Assembly (NCBI GenBank): GCA_002104905.1
Contig: MCFE01000627.1
Span: 1-51,727 of the forward strand
DNA: 51,727 bases
Direction of reading: 5' to 3'
From: Basidiobolus meristosporus CBS 931.73
Taxonomy: Eukaryota > Fungi > Basidiobolomycota
The position numbers and the translations under genes were made by a program. The notes beneath the pieces are model-generated. The model had not been told where the DNA came from and made no database searches. It saw nothing but the letters and a program-made list of their open reading frames with translations. Below are positions 37,271-50,600 of this stretch, in pieces. Numbering within the stretch: the first letter of the stretch is position 1; every line of letters starts with the position of its first letter.

Positions 37271-38880
37271 TGCTGGAACTTTTGAGGTGCTTTGGACAAA
37301 AAAGACTTATTGCGATACAATGATAATAGTTGAACTGTTGTTTATTCATAAAGAAGCTCTGTATTTACACATTTGTTAAAGTTACACAACCATAACACTG
37401 AGTAAGCAGTATATGTGCTTACTTGATTCTGACTATGAGTAGATAACAAAAGAACATAGATCTGAAAGATAATCGCAAATTAGGGCTGTAAGTTAAACCT
37501 GCAGTGTGTGATATTAGTCCAGAATTGTTGCTTAAATATTCAGCTGCTGAGTGATACCAAATAGTCTAATATTTTGGCACTTCCACTTAAGCAAATAATA
37601 ATTGATCCTAATTTCCCAGAAATTCTTAAACTGTAGCCCAGTTAGTGGCTTTGTCAGTGTTTCTGCCACCATTAGTCAGTTGGGCAGTGAATTAACTTTA
37701 GTAAGTTATTTTCTACAGTGGTGTTCTATATCTTTATTTGTAATTCTGCATGATTAGTATGATTTGTAGGTATTGAAATATAACAATGATTATCCTTCCA
37801 TATTTATGATGGTTCTACCGAGGCAAAACCTAGGTCCCTGAGTATTAATTATAGCCATACAGCCACCTTACATGCTCAACAAGCCTTTGCAGACTGTACC
37901 TTAGCTATACAGAGGGCCAAAGCTGCTTGTGTCTTGCAGTTATAGTGGTAACTGCGCCTGCATGTAAAAGCACATACCCTGTGGTGATGCATTTACCAAT
38001 AAGATCACTTACATAATCCAAACCACAGTAACCATCAATTTTCTGCCTATTTGCTGCATTAGAGTATTCCCAAACCAAATTTATGGTACCATTGTTACAA
38101 GTCATGGTATATGAGCTGTAGAGGAATAGGGAGCTTGGGCAGTATTGTATTTACTCAGAATTGAAATGATTTTATTGAGGTTCCAGCAGCTCCATAAATA
38201 CATTTTGCTAGATCAATTGCTGACAAATTTTACTTTCTATTGTAGGTTTTGGCTGATCACTTACCTGATTGCATGATCATCACCCAATAAGATTCTATTA
38301 AATATGTCTATTTCTGTCTGATAGAGATCTGCTGATTCATTTGGTGACTAATGTACTGATTTGATAGATAACACTGATGTACTGATATGGCAAATATACA
38401 ACTAATTGATTTGACCAAAAACAATCTAACTTGAACATTCAAGCGGTAGATAATAACACCTTGACAATATCTGAAAACTTGCTCACCTGCGGTAATGTGA
38501 TGAGATCTGTAGTGCTGCAAAAATTAATTGACTATTGTAACTGCCACTACAATATCTGGATGTGTAGACACCATCAAGTACACAAGGCTACCAACCATTT
38601 ATAAATAGCAGAAGTTTTGGTCCATATTTGCACTGTTCCACCTAAAACTGGTTGCAATTTGCTCCATCATAGGTTATTGTCCACAATGGTTGCTCCAGGC
38701 TTGCAATTTTCCATTTTGAAGCATCTAAGAGCTTACCCAATGTAGTAAAACTGATTTAGCTCAGTTTTCTGTATATGTACATCAAATATGATTTTAATCA
38801 CAAGAAAATGACTCAATTGGACTTAATTTATTATCTCTGGCTTGCTGAAGTGCTTAGATTATGTATGCTTAGGTATCACC
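37271..38880 (-). mobile_element. Old C1-family copia 3' half (RT C-terminus, RNase H, 3' LTR 37271-37579)
   Basis: Minus-strand peptides FKMENCKP, MVGSLVYLM.STHPDI, QVFRYCQG|TINL and IDGYCGLDYVSDL; LTR blocks match the C1 LTR. Confidence 0.8.
38093..38458 (-). mobile_element. Older solo LTR of the Gypsy family (366 bp)
   Basis: Collinear with the B LTRs; flanks CCAT/CCTT (4-bp TSD, one mismatch); removing it restores copia RYxxGT. Confidence 0.88.
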
Positions 38881-39407
38881 TGGTGACCTGTTGCTCTTAA
38901 TAGTGTTACAAGTCTTGGTATTAGAGTTGTAGAGGAATAGGGAGTTTAGCTAGTATTGTATTCACTAAAACTTGCCCTGATCTTTATTGTGGTTCCAGCA
39001 GCTCCTTATATACATTTTGCTAGATCAATTGCTGAGTAATTGTATTTCCTAATGTAGGCAGTGGCAGATCACTCATTTGATTGCTTCATCATCGCCCAAT
39101 AAGATCCTACTTAATATATCTATTTTGGTCTGATAAGGATCTGCTGATTCATTTTCTGACTAATGCTACTGATTTGATAAATAATACTGATATACTGATA
39201 TACTAAACATATAACTAATTAATATGACTAAAAACTGATCTAACTTAAGTATTCAAGCGGCAGATTGTAACATTCTCCCCTACTAAAGCTGAGAGGGTTC
39301 TGCTCAATCTCTTTTCTTGTGATACCAATATCTTGATGGTTCAGTATTATCAGCTAGTCTTGCAAGCTTGAGTCTGTTTCTATGAACTAAATCTTCCCAG
39401 ATATTCC

Positions 39408-42400
39408 TGTTGAAATATTGGAATATTTGGTATCATTCAGCAGCTAAAAATTTACTCAACAATTCTAGACTAGTCTTAGTCACTGTAGGACTCATTTACT
39501 GCCTTAATGTTGCCACTTTCTCCAGATATATGATCTTATGATTATTCCCTTATAGTCAGGATCAAATTAGCACTATTACCAAACATTATGTACTAACCCT
39601 GAAACTGTTACAGAATGCTCCTGAATATTGAGAAACCCTCCCTACTTAGTGTTGCAGCTGTATTACTTTTACACAGGTATAAATACTGAGCTTCTTTATG
39701 AATAAACAACAGTTCATCTATTATCACTATTTCTTGATAAGTTCCTTATATCCAAATCACTTCTTAAACTGCAACAGGTTATGAGCCCCTATTGCCTTAG
39801 TCTATTCTTAAGATGACTTCTACCAGCAAACAAAGCATTACCAACATCTTCCCTGTAAAGGAGAGGTTTGATGGGAAGAACTACAGACTTTGGAGAATCA
39901 AGATGCAGATCCACCTTGAGGAAAGAAAGCTTTGGAACATAGTAACAAGAAAGGAAGTTGAGCCCAAAGGAACAGCAGAAGATGTGGAGAAGTTTCAAGA
40001 GAAGGAGAGAAAGGCCTTAAATGCCATATGCATCAATGTGCAAGAGTCCTTCATTGGACAAATCCATGCCTCAAATACTGCCAAAGCAGCATGGGAATCC
40101 TTAGAGAAGATCTTTAGAGCAAATTTGATATCAAGCAAGCTTTATTTGAAACAAAAGTTCTTCAACATGAGGAAGAAGCCAGATGATGACATGCTACAAC
40201 TCATTACCAGAATGGCAACACTTGCAGAAGAACTTTACAGTATTAATGCTGGTGTAGATGATGAAGAAAAGATACTCTGTCTGCTTTGCAGCCTACCAGA
40301 CAAGTATGAGCCACTCATACTTTCTTTTGAAAGCAGAGAAGACAACTTGACTTTAGACTATGTCAAAGGAAGACTTCTCCATGAAGAACTCAGATGTAAT
40401 GATCAAGCAGAGAAAATTGAAGTTGATGCTTTATTCAGCTCAGAAAGGCATACTGAAAAGAAGGGAAAGCAACAAAACCGAAGAAAACCTGGCTGCTGTA
40501 ACTACTGTAAGAAACCAGGACACTGGGCAAGAGAATGCAAGAAGAAACAAGCAAACAAAAAACAGAAACTAGAGCAGGCAAACCACATAACAACTGATGA
40601 ACAGTTATTTGTAACTGTACAAGAGAGTTCAAGTAACCAAAGTAATGAATGGTATATTGACTCTGGAGCATCACAGCATATTTGTGGTATAAAGGATTGG
40701 TTCAGCAACTTAAAGACTATTCCCGTAAGAAATGTTTATCTGGGAGATAACTCTGCATTGGAAGCTACCACCTGTGGGTTGATACAACTAAATATGAGTG
40801 ATAACTCAGGGGCAACAACAGCAAAACTGACTGACGCACTCTATGTCCCTGGAATAGCTAAGAACCTACTCTCAGTCAGTAAAGCAACTACTCAGGGACT
40901 GAAATTTGTTTTTACTAGCTGAGCTGCTCAATATTGACTGAAAATGGACGAAATTTAGCTTTGGGAATCAGAGATCACAATATATACAAGTTACAATGCA
41001 AGATCATTGTACCTGAGTATGTCAACATTGCTGAAACTGATGAAAACAACTGGGAGACATGGCATAGGAGGCTAGGACACATTGGGGAACAGAAAATAAG
41101 CCAATTGGTGAAAAATTAGCTTGTTTTGGGCCTAAAATACTCAATTCCAATCAAATTGAATGTTTGTTAGGGATGTTCATATGGCAAACAAGCTAAGCAA
41201 CATTTCAAGAGCTCAGAAGGCATCAATACTACCAAAATATTGGCTATTGTACACTCAGACATATGTGGCCCCATGAGAACACTGTCCTTTGGAGCCAAGA
41301 GATGCTTTATGACATTTGTTGATGACAAGACAATATATACATGGGTGTACTTCCTCAAAACAAAGGATGAAGCTTTAGAGACGTTTAAGCACTTCAAGAA
41401 TATGGCAGAGACATAAACTGGGTGTAAATTGAAGGTACTACAAAGTGACAATGGAGGAGAATACTGCTCAAAGGAGTTTGCAAAATACTGCTTGTCTACT
41501 GGTATACTTCAAGAGACCACAGTTCCTCATACTCCACAGCAAAATAGAGTAGCAGAATGTGCAAATAGAACAATAGTAGAGATGGGAAGATCTATGCCAC
41601 ATGATAAGGGAATGGACTACAAGTTTTGGGCTGAATCTGTTGCTACTGCTGTATACATCAAGAATAGATGCCCAACAACAGCACTACGTAACTCTACACC
41701 CTTTGAAGCATATACAGGCAAAAAACCAGATCTCCAGCTCCTCAGGATCTTTGGCAGTAATGTTTTTTATCACATCCCTGACAAAAAGCGCTCAAAGTTG
41801 GAACCAAAGAGTAGGAAAGGGATCTTTCTTGGGTATTGTGAAGATACTAAAGGGTATAGAGTGTATGATGGCAAAATTCAAAAGCTGATCAAGAGCAGGG
41901 ATGTTGTATTTGAGGAGAATTCAGATCAGAAAGCCACAGAAATCATTGGCCAGCTGCCTGATGATGCAATCAACCCAAATGAAGAAGATACGTACCAAAT
42001 CCAGCCAGAGATGAAAGATACTTCTACCAGTTCCAGATCAGAACAGATTATCCCAATTAGGAGATCTACTAGAATAAGAAATGCCCCTGGATCCTGGTGG
42101 CAGACATCCAATGATCATGAAGAAGCTTATCTTGCCTTATGTGCCAAACCTCAGAATCTGGAACAGGCAATGCAAGGTCCAGATGCTACTAAGTGGCAAC
42201 AAGCCATGCAGGAGGAGTACCAATCACTGATCAAGGCAAAAACGTGGGAACTGGTAGATTTACCAAATGGGAGAAAGCCAATAGGATGTAGATGGGTCTA
42301 CAAGATCAAGATAACCTCAAATGGTGCCGTTGATAAGTACAAGGCTAGATTGGTAGCTAAAGGCTATTCCCAGATCCAGGGACTAGACTTTAAGGAAACA

Positions 42401-43378
42401 TTTGCTCCGGTTGCCAAGTTTAACTCTATTAGGACAGTTCTAGCCCTGGCAGCTGTACACAGTCTAGATCTACACCAAATGGACATCAAAACAGCCTTTC
42501 TAAATGGGGATTTGCAAGAAACTATATATGTGGATGGTTATAGTGATTCAGATTGGGGTAGGGATCTGATTGACAGAAGCTCTACCACAGGCTATGTATT
42601 TCTTTATGCTGGTGCAGCTATTACTTGGAATTGCAAGAAACAACCAACTGTGGCACTAACTTCAACTGAAGCCAAATATATGGCTGCATGTCAAGCAACT
42701 AAGGAGGCTATATGGCTACAAAAATTATTCAAAGACTTAGGTTTTAATTCAGGTGAACCAACATGTATTTACAAGGATAATCAAAGTTGTATTTCATTAG
42801 CTAGAAATCCTACTAATCATGCCAGAACTAAGCACATTGATGTACAGCATTACTTTGTGAGGGAAGCTGTAGAAAATAACTTAGTGGAGCCGGTTTACTG
42901 CCCAACTGACAAAATGGTGGCAGACATATTGACAAAACCACTGGCTAGGCCACAGTTTGAGATCCTTAGAGAGAAATTGAGATTAAGAAATTATTTAGTT
43001 GAGGGGGAGTGTTGAAATATTGCACTATTTGGTATCATTCAGCAGCTAAAAATTTACTTAACAATTCTAGACTAGTCTAAGTCACTGCAGGACTCATTTA
43101 CTGCCTTAACTTTGCCACTTCCTCCAGATATATGATCTTATGATTATTCCCCTATAGTCAGGATCAAATTAGCACTATTACCAAACATTATGTACTAACC
43201 CTGAAACTGTTACAGAATGCTCCTGAATATTGAGAAACCCTCCCTACTTAGTGTTGCAGCTGTATTACTTTTACAAAGGTATAAATACTGAGCTTCTTTA
43301 TGAATAAACAACAGTTCATCTATTATCACTATTTCTTGATAAGTTTCTTATATCCAAATCACTTCTTAAATTGCAACA
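39408..43378 (+). mobile_element. Ty1/Copia element C1 (3971 bp), RT core deleted
   Basis: 369-bp LTRs (39408-39776, 43010-43378) with 12 differences; TSD ATTCC; PBS GGTTATGAGCCC (39777-39788); PPT GAGGGGGAG. Confidence 0.97.
39813..43015 (+). pseudogene. C1 gag-pol (gag, CCHC, protease, integrase, partial RT, RNase H)
   Basis: FDGKNYRLWRIKM, CNYCKKPGHWAREC, WYIDSGAS, WHRRLGH, QSDNGGEY, QMDIKTAFLNG fused to GYSDSDW; one frameshift near 40920 and several in-frame stops. Confidence 0.93.
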
Positions 43379-45101
43379 ATTCCCTTGTTTATCCACTAGT
43401 TGGTAAGTTGCAAATGAACATTCTTGAATGATCTTGAATTGTCCTGTCCAGTATGGCTCAAACTTCTTCCAAGTGTTGTTTCTTAGCAGTACAAAGTTGC
43501 CAACTGTCAATGCTTCTGGTGCTATAGTCTTATCTAATCTCTGCTTCATCTTATCTGCACTTTGAGATACTTTGGCCTGTGCCTCTTGTTGTCTTTGTTC
43601 CAATTGCTGGTGTCTACTGGCCTGACTGAGTTCAGCTTCAAAGGCATCTGTAAGCTTGGGTTGTGTGAGATCTCCTGGAATCCTTGGTTCACATCCATAC
43701 ACTAAGTAAAATGGTGATTGTTGGGTAGTGTTGTGCACTCTAACTCTGCAGGCAAAAAGTGCTTGATCTATATACTCATCCCATCTACTGACAGCTCCAT
43801 TTGCATACTTGGTCAGCATTTTCCCCAATTATCCATTAAACCGTTCAGTGACTCCATTAGTTCTGGGGTGATATGCCAAGGTTTTCAAATGTTTGATATG
43901 CTGCATTTCCAGGTAAGCCTCTAATGTCTTTGCCATAAAGTTTGCTCCTCTATTAGATAGGATCTCCACAGGGCATCCAAACTTCATCAGGATCTCATGG
44001 TAAATGAAACTTGCAACTTCTTGTTCACTGGCTATTGGTACAGCTTTAGCAACTGGCCATTTAGTGGCATGGTCAATTGCTACTAGGATCCAACGGTTGC
44101 ATTTGCTGGTGGTTGGCAGTCTTCCAAAAATGTCAATTCCCCATCTCTCAAGTGGTCTTACAGTCTTCAAAGGGAAGAGTTTGGCAATTCTTTGTGGCTG
44201 ACCTTGATTGATTTGGCAGTTTGGGTATGTTTTCACTAGCTTCTCAATATCTTGTTTCATTCTGGGCCACCATGCTCTGGCTTTCACAAGGCTATAGGTT
44301 CCTTCAATCCCAAGATGTCTATATCCATTGTGTAGCTTATGTATTAAATCCAGGCAAGCAACATAAGGACAATAGGCAATAGGGCTTCCACCAACAATTT
44401 GGTAGAGTGTTTCATCCTGTACAACAAATTTGCTGGCTTCATCCCGGATTATCTTCATTATCTCTTCATCCACCTCATTAGGAATGGCTTGGTCCTCCAA
44501 GTATTGTGATAATAAGCTAGGCCAATCTGATTCATGCACCAAGTTGAGTTGTACCACTTGTTCTAGTCTTGATAAGGCATCAGCAACCGTGCTGTTTTTT
44601 CCAGGGCAGTAGACAATCTCCAAGTCAAATTGCTGAATTTATTCACTCCTTCTTGTCATTCTTCCAGATAGAACCTTCTGAGTAAATACATACTTCAGTG
44701 AGGCATGACAGTCTTTACAGTGCATTTAACTCCTTCAATATAGCATCTCCATGTTTTTAGGCAGTGTATTATAGCAAGCATCTCCTTCTCATGCACAGGA
44801 TAGTTTTGTTCTGCCAAGTTCAGTTTCTTGGACTCAAAGACAACTGGGTAGTCCTTTCCCTCATGTTCTTGGCTTTGTACTCCACCAATTGCATAATCTG
44901 AAGCATCTGGGCACAGGGTAAACTCTTTTCTGAAGTCAGGTATTCTTAAGCTTGGCAGCCTTGCAAGTTCATTCTTGAGCATCTGAAATGCAGTCTCACA
45001 GGCTATGTCCCACTTGTAGGTGTTGTCTTTCTTGAGGATATCAGTTAAAGGGGCTGCAATGCTTGCAAAGGACTTGACAAATCTCCAATAATAGGATGCC
45101 A

Positions 45102-45469
45102 TGTTATAAGTCTTGGTATAAGAGTTGTAGAGGAATAGGGAGTTTAGCTAGTATTGTATTCACTAAAACTTGAACTGATTTTTATTGAGGTTCCAGCAGC
45201 TCCTTATATACATTTTGCCAGATCAATTGCTGACTAATTGTATTTCCTAATGTAGGTTGTGGCTGATGACTCATTTGCTTGCATCATCATCACCCAATAA
45301 GATCCTGCTTAATTTATCTATATCTGTCTGATAAGGATCTGCTGATTCATTTGCTGACTAATGCTTGTGATTTCATTGATAATACTGATATACTGATAAC
45401 CTAAACATATACTAATTGATTTGACTAAAAGCTGATCTAACTTAAACATTCAAGCGGCAGATCATAACA
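45102..45469 (-). mobile_element. Solo LTR of the Gypsy family inside the RT of Gypsy copy C (368 bp)
   Basis: Perfect 4-bp TSD GCCA; removing it restores ataggatgccattccaagg, equivalent to the intact B sequence. Confidence 0.95.
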
Positions 45470-47591
45470 GCCATTCCAAGGAATGATCTGAGTTCTGATA
45501 TGCTATGGGGCTGCTTCAAGTTCTTGATAACTTCAACCTTCTTAGGGTCTAAGATCACTCCTGTGCTAGTCACTATGTGTCCCAGATATTCAATGTGTTC
45601 CTTGAAGAACTCACACTTGGCTAGCTTCCCAAATAGCTTGTTCTCTCTTAGCTTCTTCAAGACCTTTTCAATGTGTACCAAGTTATCCTCTTCTGTCTTG
45701 CTGTATATCAATATGTCATCTAGGTAGATTATCACAAACTTGTCTAGGTACTCCTGGAAGACAGTCTGCATCAGGGTCATGAATGTTGCAGGGGCATTGG
45801 TAAGGCCAAAACTCATGACTAAGTACTTGTAATGACCATATCTGGTCCTGAATGCTGTCTTAGGGATATCTACTGGTTTCACCCTAATCTGGTTGTATCC
45901 TGACATGAGGTCAATCTTGCTGAATATGGTGGCTCCATTAAGTTGGTCCAAAAGCTCATCAATCCAAGGTATGGGGTACTTATTCTTGACGGTAACTGAG
46001 TTCAGGGCTCTGTAGTCAATGCACATCCTAAGTGTTCCATCCTTCTTTTTCACAAAAAGCACTGGTGCTCCCCAGGGTGACTTGCTGGGCCTGATGTATC
46101 CTTGCTCCAATAGCTGATCAATTTGTCTCTTTGTTTCCTCCAATTCCAATGGACTCATTCTGTAAGGTGTCTTGCTTGCTGGAAGGCTATCTCCTGTGTC
46201 AATGGCATGATCTACATCTCTGGCTAGTGGTAGGCTTACAAGCTCATCTGGAAACACATCTGAATATGTCTACAAGGGAGTCTGGACCCGCTGGGGTGCT
46301 GGGGTAGAGGAATCCTCCTGTAATACCGCCATGAGGAACATCTCAGTACCTTTTCTAAGTGCTCTACAGAACTGGGTCTTGCTAATTTCACGTGTCTCAC
46401 ACATACTGGAACCAATCCGAAATCCAGCCTGGCAGGTAATAGCTCATAGGTCTTGTTGTCCTTTTGGATCTGAGTAGCATGGGTTCTCCAGTTGATTGAT
46501 GGATTATGACAAAATAGCCAGGTTTTTCCAAGTACAAGGTCATACTTGCAGTTCCCAAATATATAAGCCTGTAGGTCTTCTTCATAGTCATTGATCTTCA
46601 TTCTTACTGGCTGGGTAATAGGGTTGATTATGTGAGAGTTCCCATCAGCTGTGGAGACTGAAGTTCATTTGGTAGGTTCCGAGTTGATTCCAGCTTTCAA
46701 GGCAAATTGTTCTGACATGTATTCATGTGATGCTCCGGAGTCAATCATGATTTTGGCAGGTACTCCATTTAGGTACAATAACTTCCCTGAGTTTGGGGTC
46801 ATTTGAGACAAGTACTCTTCTGTCATATGGAAGGTGAGTTCCGAGTCTTCTTCAAGCTCATCCTCCACATTACTGTGTTCATGGGACTCATTATGGTTGA
46901 AGGTTCTTGTTGGCTGGTGTCCATTTCTTCTCTGGGGGCAGTACTTTGAGATGTGTCCTTGCTGGTGGCAATTGAAGCAAAGTCCTTTCTTCTTGCATTC
47001 TTCTGAGGTGGGGTTCTTCTGCAGAGCATCTATTTCCATTAGTACTGCTTCTGACTGTCTTCTTTCATAATCATTGTAGCCTTTCTGATTAGTCACTGTA
47101 GGCTTCCCAGCTCCAAACATAGCTGAGTCATAGTCAATGGCAATCCTCATGCTTCTTCAAAAGTTTGAGGCCTTCCATAATTCAGTTCCTTGCAAGTTCT
47201 TTCTTTCAACCCATCAATAAAGTATTCAACTTGATCCAGGGGGTCCATTCTTTCAATTTCTCCAAGTAGACATCTGTACTTGTAGATGTATTCTTGAACC
47301 ATTCCTTTCTGTCTGAGTGTCTTTAACTTCCTTCTTAGTAGTGTCTGCTGGTGTGGAGGTTCAAAAGCATCCTGAATTTCCGACACAAACTCATCCCAGG
47401 TAGAGATTGTAGAGCATCCCATCATGGTGGCTGACCTGATCTTGCTGTGGTACCACTGCAAAGCTGCGTCTGCCAGGTAAGAGGCTGCATAATGTAACTT
47501 GCTTTCTTGAGCAATTCCTTTAGCCTTAAAAGCTTTTTCAATCTGAAAGAGCCAAGTTCCCAGGTTTTCATTGACTCTGCCATGGTACCGG

Positions 47592-47644
47592 TGTGGTGGG
47601 GTAAACATACCTCCCACAGACAAGTTTACTCATATTGTCATAAT
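47592..47644 (+). repeat. First 53 bp of a family X LTR, interrupted by copia C2
   Basis: Matches 14054-14106; breaks the Gypsy C gag after ggtaccgg. Confidence 0.8.
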
Positions 47645-50600
47645 TGTTGCAAAAATTTATATTTCCACCTAAATATTCACCTAACTTAGTCACTTAGATC
47701 ATTACCTTCAAATCCTAGAAAATACTGACCTAATTCCTTGTTGGGATTTACTTAGAAAATTTTCACCAAAATACCAGGTACCCAGAACATGAAAATTCTC
47801 AAAGTTGTCCAAACAGCCCCAAACTTTGCGCACATGTTCTTGGGACCTTCCTTAACCTATTCTACGTGTTTGTTATGCCAAGACCAGGTAAAAGTATAAA
47901 TACTACTTTTACAATCAATAAATCATTAAGTGAAAACCACATAATCTACTTGTTCTCCCAATCACTTCCAATATCTCCAAGACTCTTACAACAGGTTATG
48001 AGCCCCAAGCTGTCACTCTCTGCAATGTCTACTACTGCTATTACTGGAATTTTTCCCTCTGCTGAAAAGTTGGATGGCTCTAACTAAAAAGTGTGGAAAG
48101 TGAAGATGAAGATGCTGCTACAAGAAAGAGGCCTTTGGGATATTGTCATGGGAGAAGAATGCCCTCCTAAAAGTGTGGGAGAGGAAGCCTTAAAGTACCA
48201 GTAGAAAGAACAAAGTGCCTTTAACTGCATTTGCCTTAATGTCAAGGACAAATTGCTAATTCAATGCTCAAGAGCAAAAATGGCAAAGAATGCCTGGAAG
48301 GCATTAAAAGACACCTACCAGTCATGTTCAGCTGCCAAGAAAATGTATCTGAGACAAAAATTCATTACTACAAAGATGCTGCCAGGAGAAGAAATGAAAA
48401 ATCTAATTAACAGAATTACCCTGCTGGTAGATGAGATGGAATCTCGGCGTACCAACTACTGATGAGGATGTGATAGTTACCATCCTGAATAGCCTGACAG
48501 ACAAGTTTCAGGGCCTTGTATCAGCCCTAGAGTCCAGAACTGAAGATTTGACCTTAAATTACGTATATGGAAGGCTCCTGGATGAAGAATTAAGAAAATC
48601 AAGCGCCAATAAGAAGGAAGAAGAAAATGCTTTAATAAGCAATGATTACCAACAAAGGAGGTACCCATGACCCTACAAAGGCAACAGCAACCTATTTTGC
48701 AACTACTGCAAAAGGAAAGGACACACATCAGACCGGTGTCTCAAAAAGAGAGATTATCAGCAAAAGAAGCCTGAATATGGAAATGCTGCAACAACTGAAG
48801 ATAGACTATTCATATCTGCATTAAATATGACCACAAACAAGGATTCTCAGACGTGGTATATTGACTCTGGAGCTTCTCAACACTTTACACACCAAAAAGG
48901 ACTTTTTACCCAATATCAAGAAATTCCAATTAAGAAGGTTTTCATGGGTGACAATAGAACACTTGATGCAGTGGGAGAAGGAACTATCCAAGTAAACCTT
49001 AGAAGCAGTGAAGGAAGCCATACACTGACCTTTAAAGAAGTACTCTATGTACCAGAAATAGCCAAGAACCTACTCTCTGTAGGCAGGCCACAGCAGAAGG
49101 ACTCAGTTTCAGTTTTGACAATTCTGGATGCAGGATCACTGATCTAAATGGTGCTCATATTGCTTTAGGCATCAGTGATCAGAATCTATACAAGTTGACT
49201 TATATTCCATCATATTGAGAAGCCAATATAAGTAACTTAAATGAAGAAACACCAATGCTTTGGCACAGGAGATTTGGACACATCAATTTTGATTATTTGC
49301 GTAAAATGATCAAAGATCAGCTAATTTCTGGAGTGAAAATTGATCCCCCAGCTAATTTGGAGCACTGTGAAGCCTGCATATATGGGAAACAAGCCAGACA
49401 ACTGTTCAAGAGCTCTGGGTTAATCAAAACTAAGAAAAAATTAGATCTAATTCACTCAGATCTGTGTGGACCTATGCAAAATTTATCCTTAGGCGGGATG
49501 AAGTATTTAATCACTTTTATTGATGATTATACAAAATACACATGGGTCTACTTCATGGAGAGAAAGGAAGAAGCTCTGTCTAAGTTCAGGGAGTTTAAAG
49601 CCATGGTGGAGAGAGAAACTGGTGAAAAAATCAAGAAAATATGCTCTGACAATGGTGGAGAATATACCTCAAAACTCCTCATCCACTTCTGCAAAATTCA
49701 TGGGATAAAGCAAGAGACTACTGTACCATACTCCCCACAGCAAAATGGAGTAGCAGAACAAGCCAACAGATCAATAATTGATATGGCAAGATCTATGATC
49801 CATGATCAAAAATTATCCTATGATTTTTGGGCGGAATCAGTTGCCACTGCTGTATACCTTAAAAATAGGAGTTATAACAGAATACTTCGTGATTCTACTC
49901 CATTTGAAGCATGGTATGGATATAGAACAAGTGCAGAACATCTAAGAATATTTGGGTGTACAGCCTATGCCAAAAAACTGGCCGGAAATCAGTCAAAATT
50001 TGAGCCAAAAAGTGTAAAATGCATATTTTTGGGCTACTGCAATGAGAGTAAGGCATACAGACTCTACAATACCAAAGCAAAGAAGCTGATCAAGTCCAGG
50101 GATGTGTTGTTTGATGATAATTCAAAATTTTCACAAAAAATGACATCAGATGATGACGAAAATTTGATCTCAAGTCCACCAATTGTCAGGATTGAATCAG
50201 AGCAAAACAATGAAAATTTTTTCACTCCAGAGGACTCTACAACCGTGGTTCAGCCAGAATCAGTGCCCAGGAATATCCCGAAGTGATCATTCCAGTATCA
50301 AATGCCCGGAGATCAAATTGGACAAGAAATAGCCCAAATTACTATATTAATGAGGGTACAAACTTAGCCTATGCCTATTCAGTCCATATTGATGAACCCC
50401 AGACTGTAAAAGAGGCCCTAAATAGCCCTCAGACAAAGTTTTGGAGATCTGCAATGACTGAGGAATATCAGGCCCTGATGGAAAATCAAACTTGGGACTT
50501 AGTCAAATTACCAATCAACCAAAAATCAATTGGATGCAGTTGGGTCTTCAAGACAAAATACAAGGCTGATGGTACAATTGAATGATACAAAGCAAGACTT

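Larger units (their letters stand above)
38904..47591 (-). mobile_element. Ty3/Gypsy copy C (3' LTR 38904-39272), interrupted by C1, by a solo LTR of its own family and, at 47591, by a family X element
   Basis: Pieces 39273-39407, 43379-45101 and 45470-47591 join into a B-like gag-pol. The 5' part is not in the window. Confidence 0.95.
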
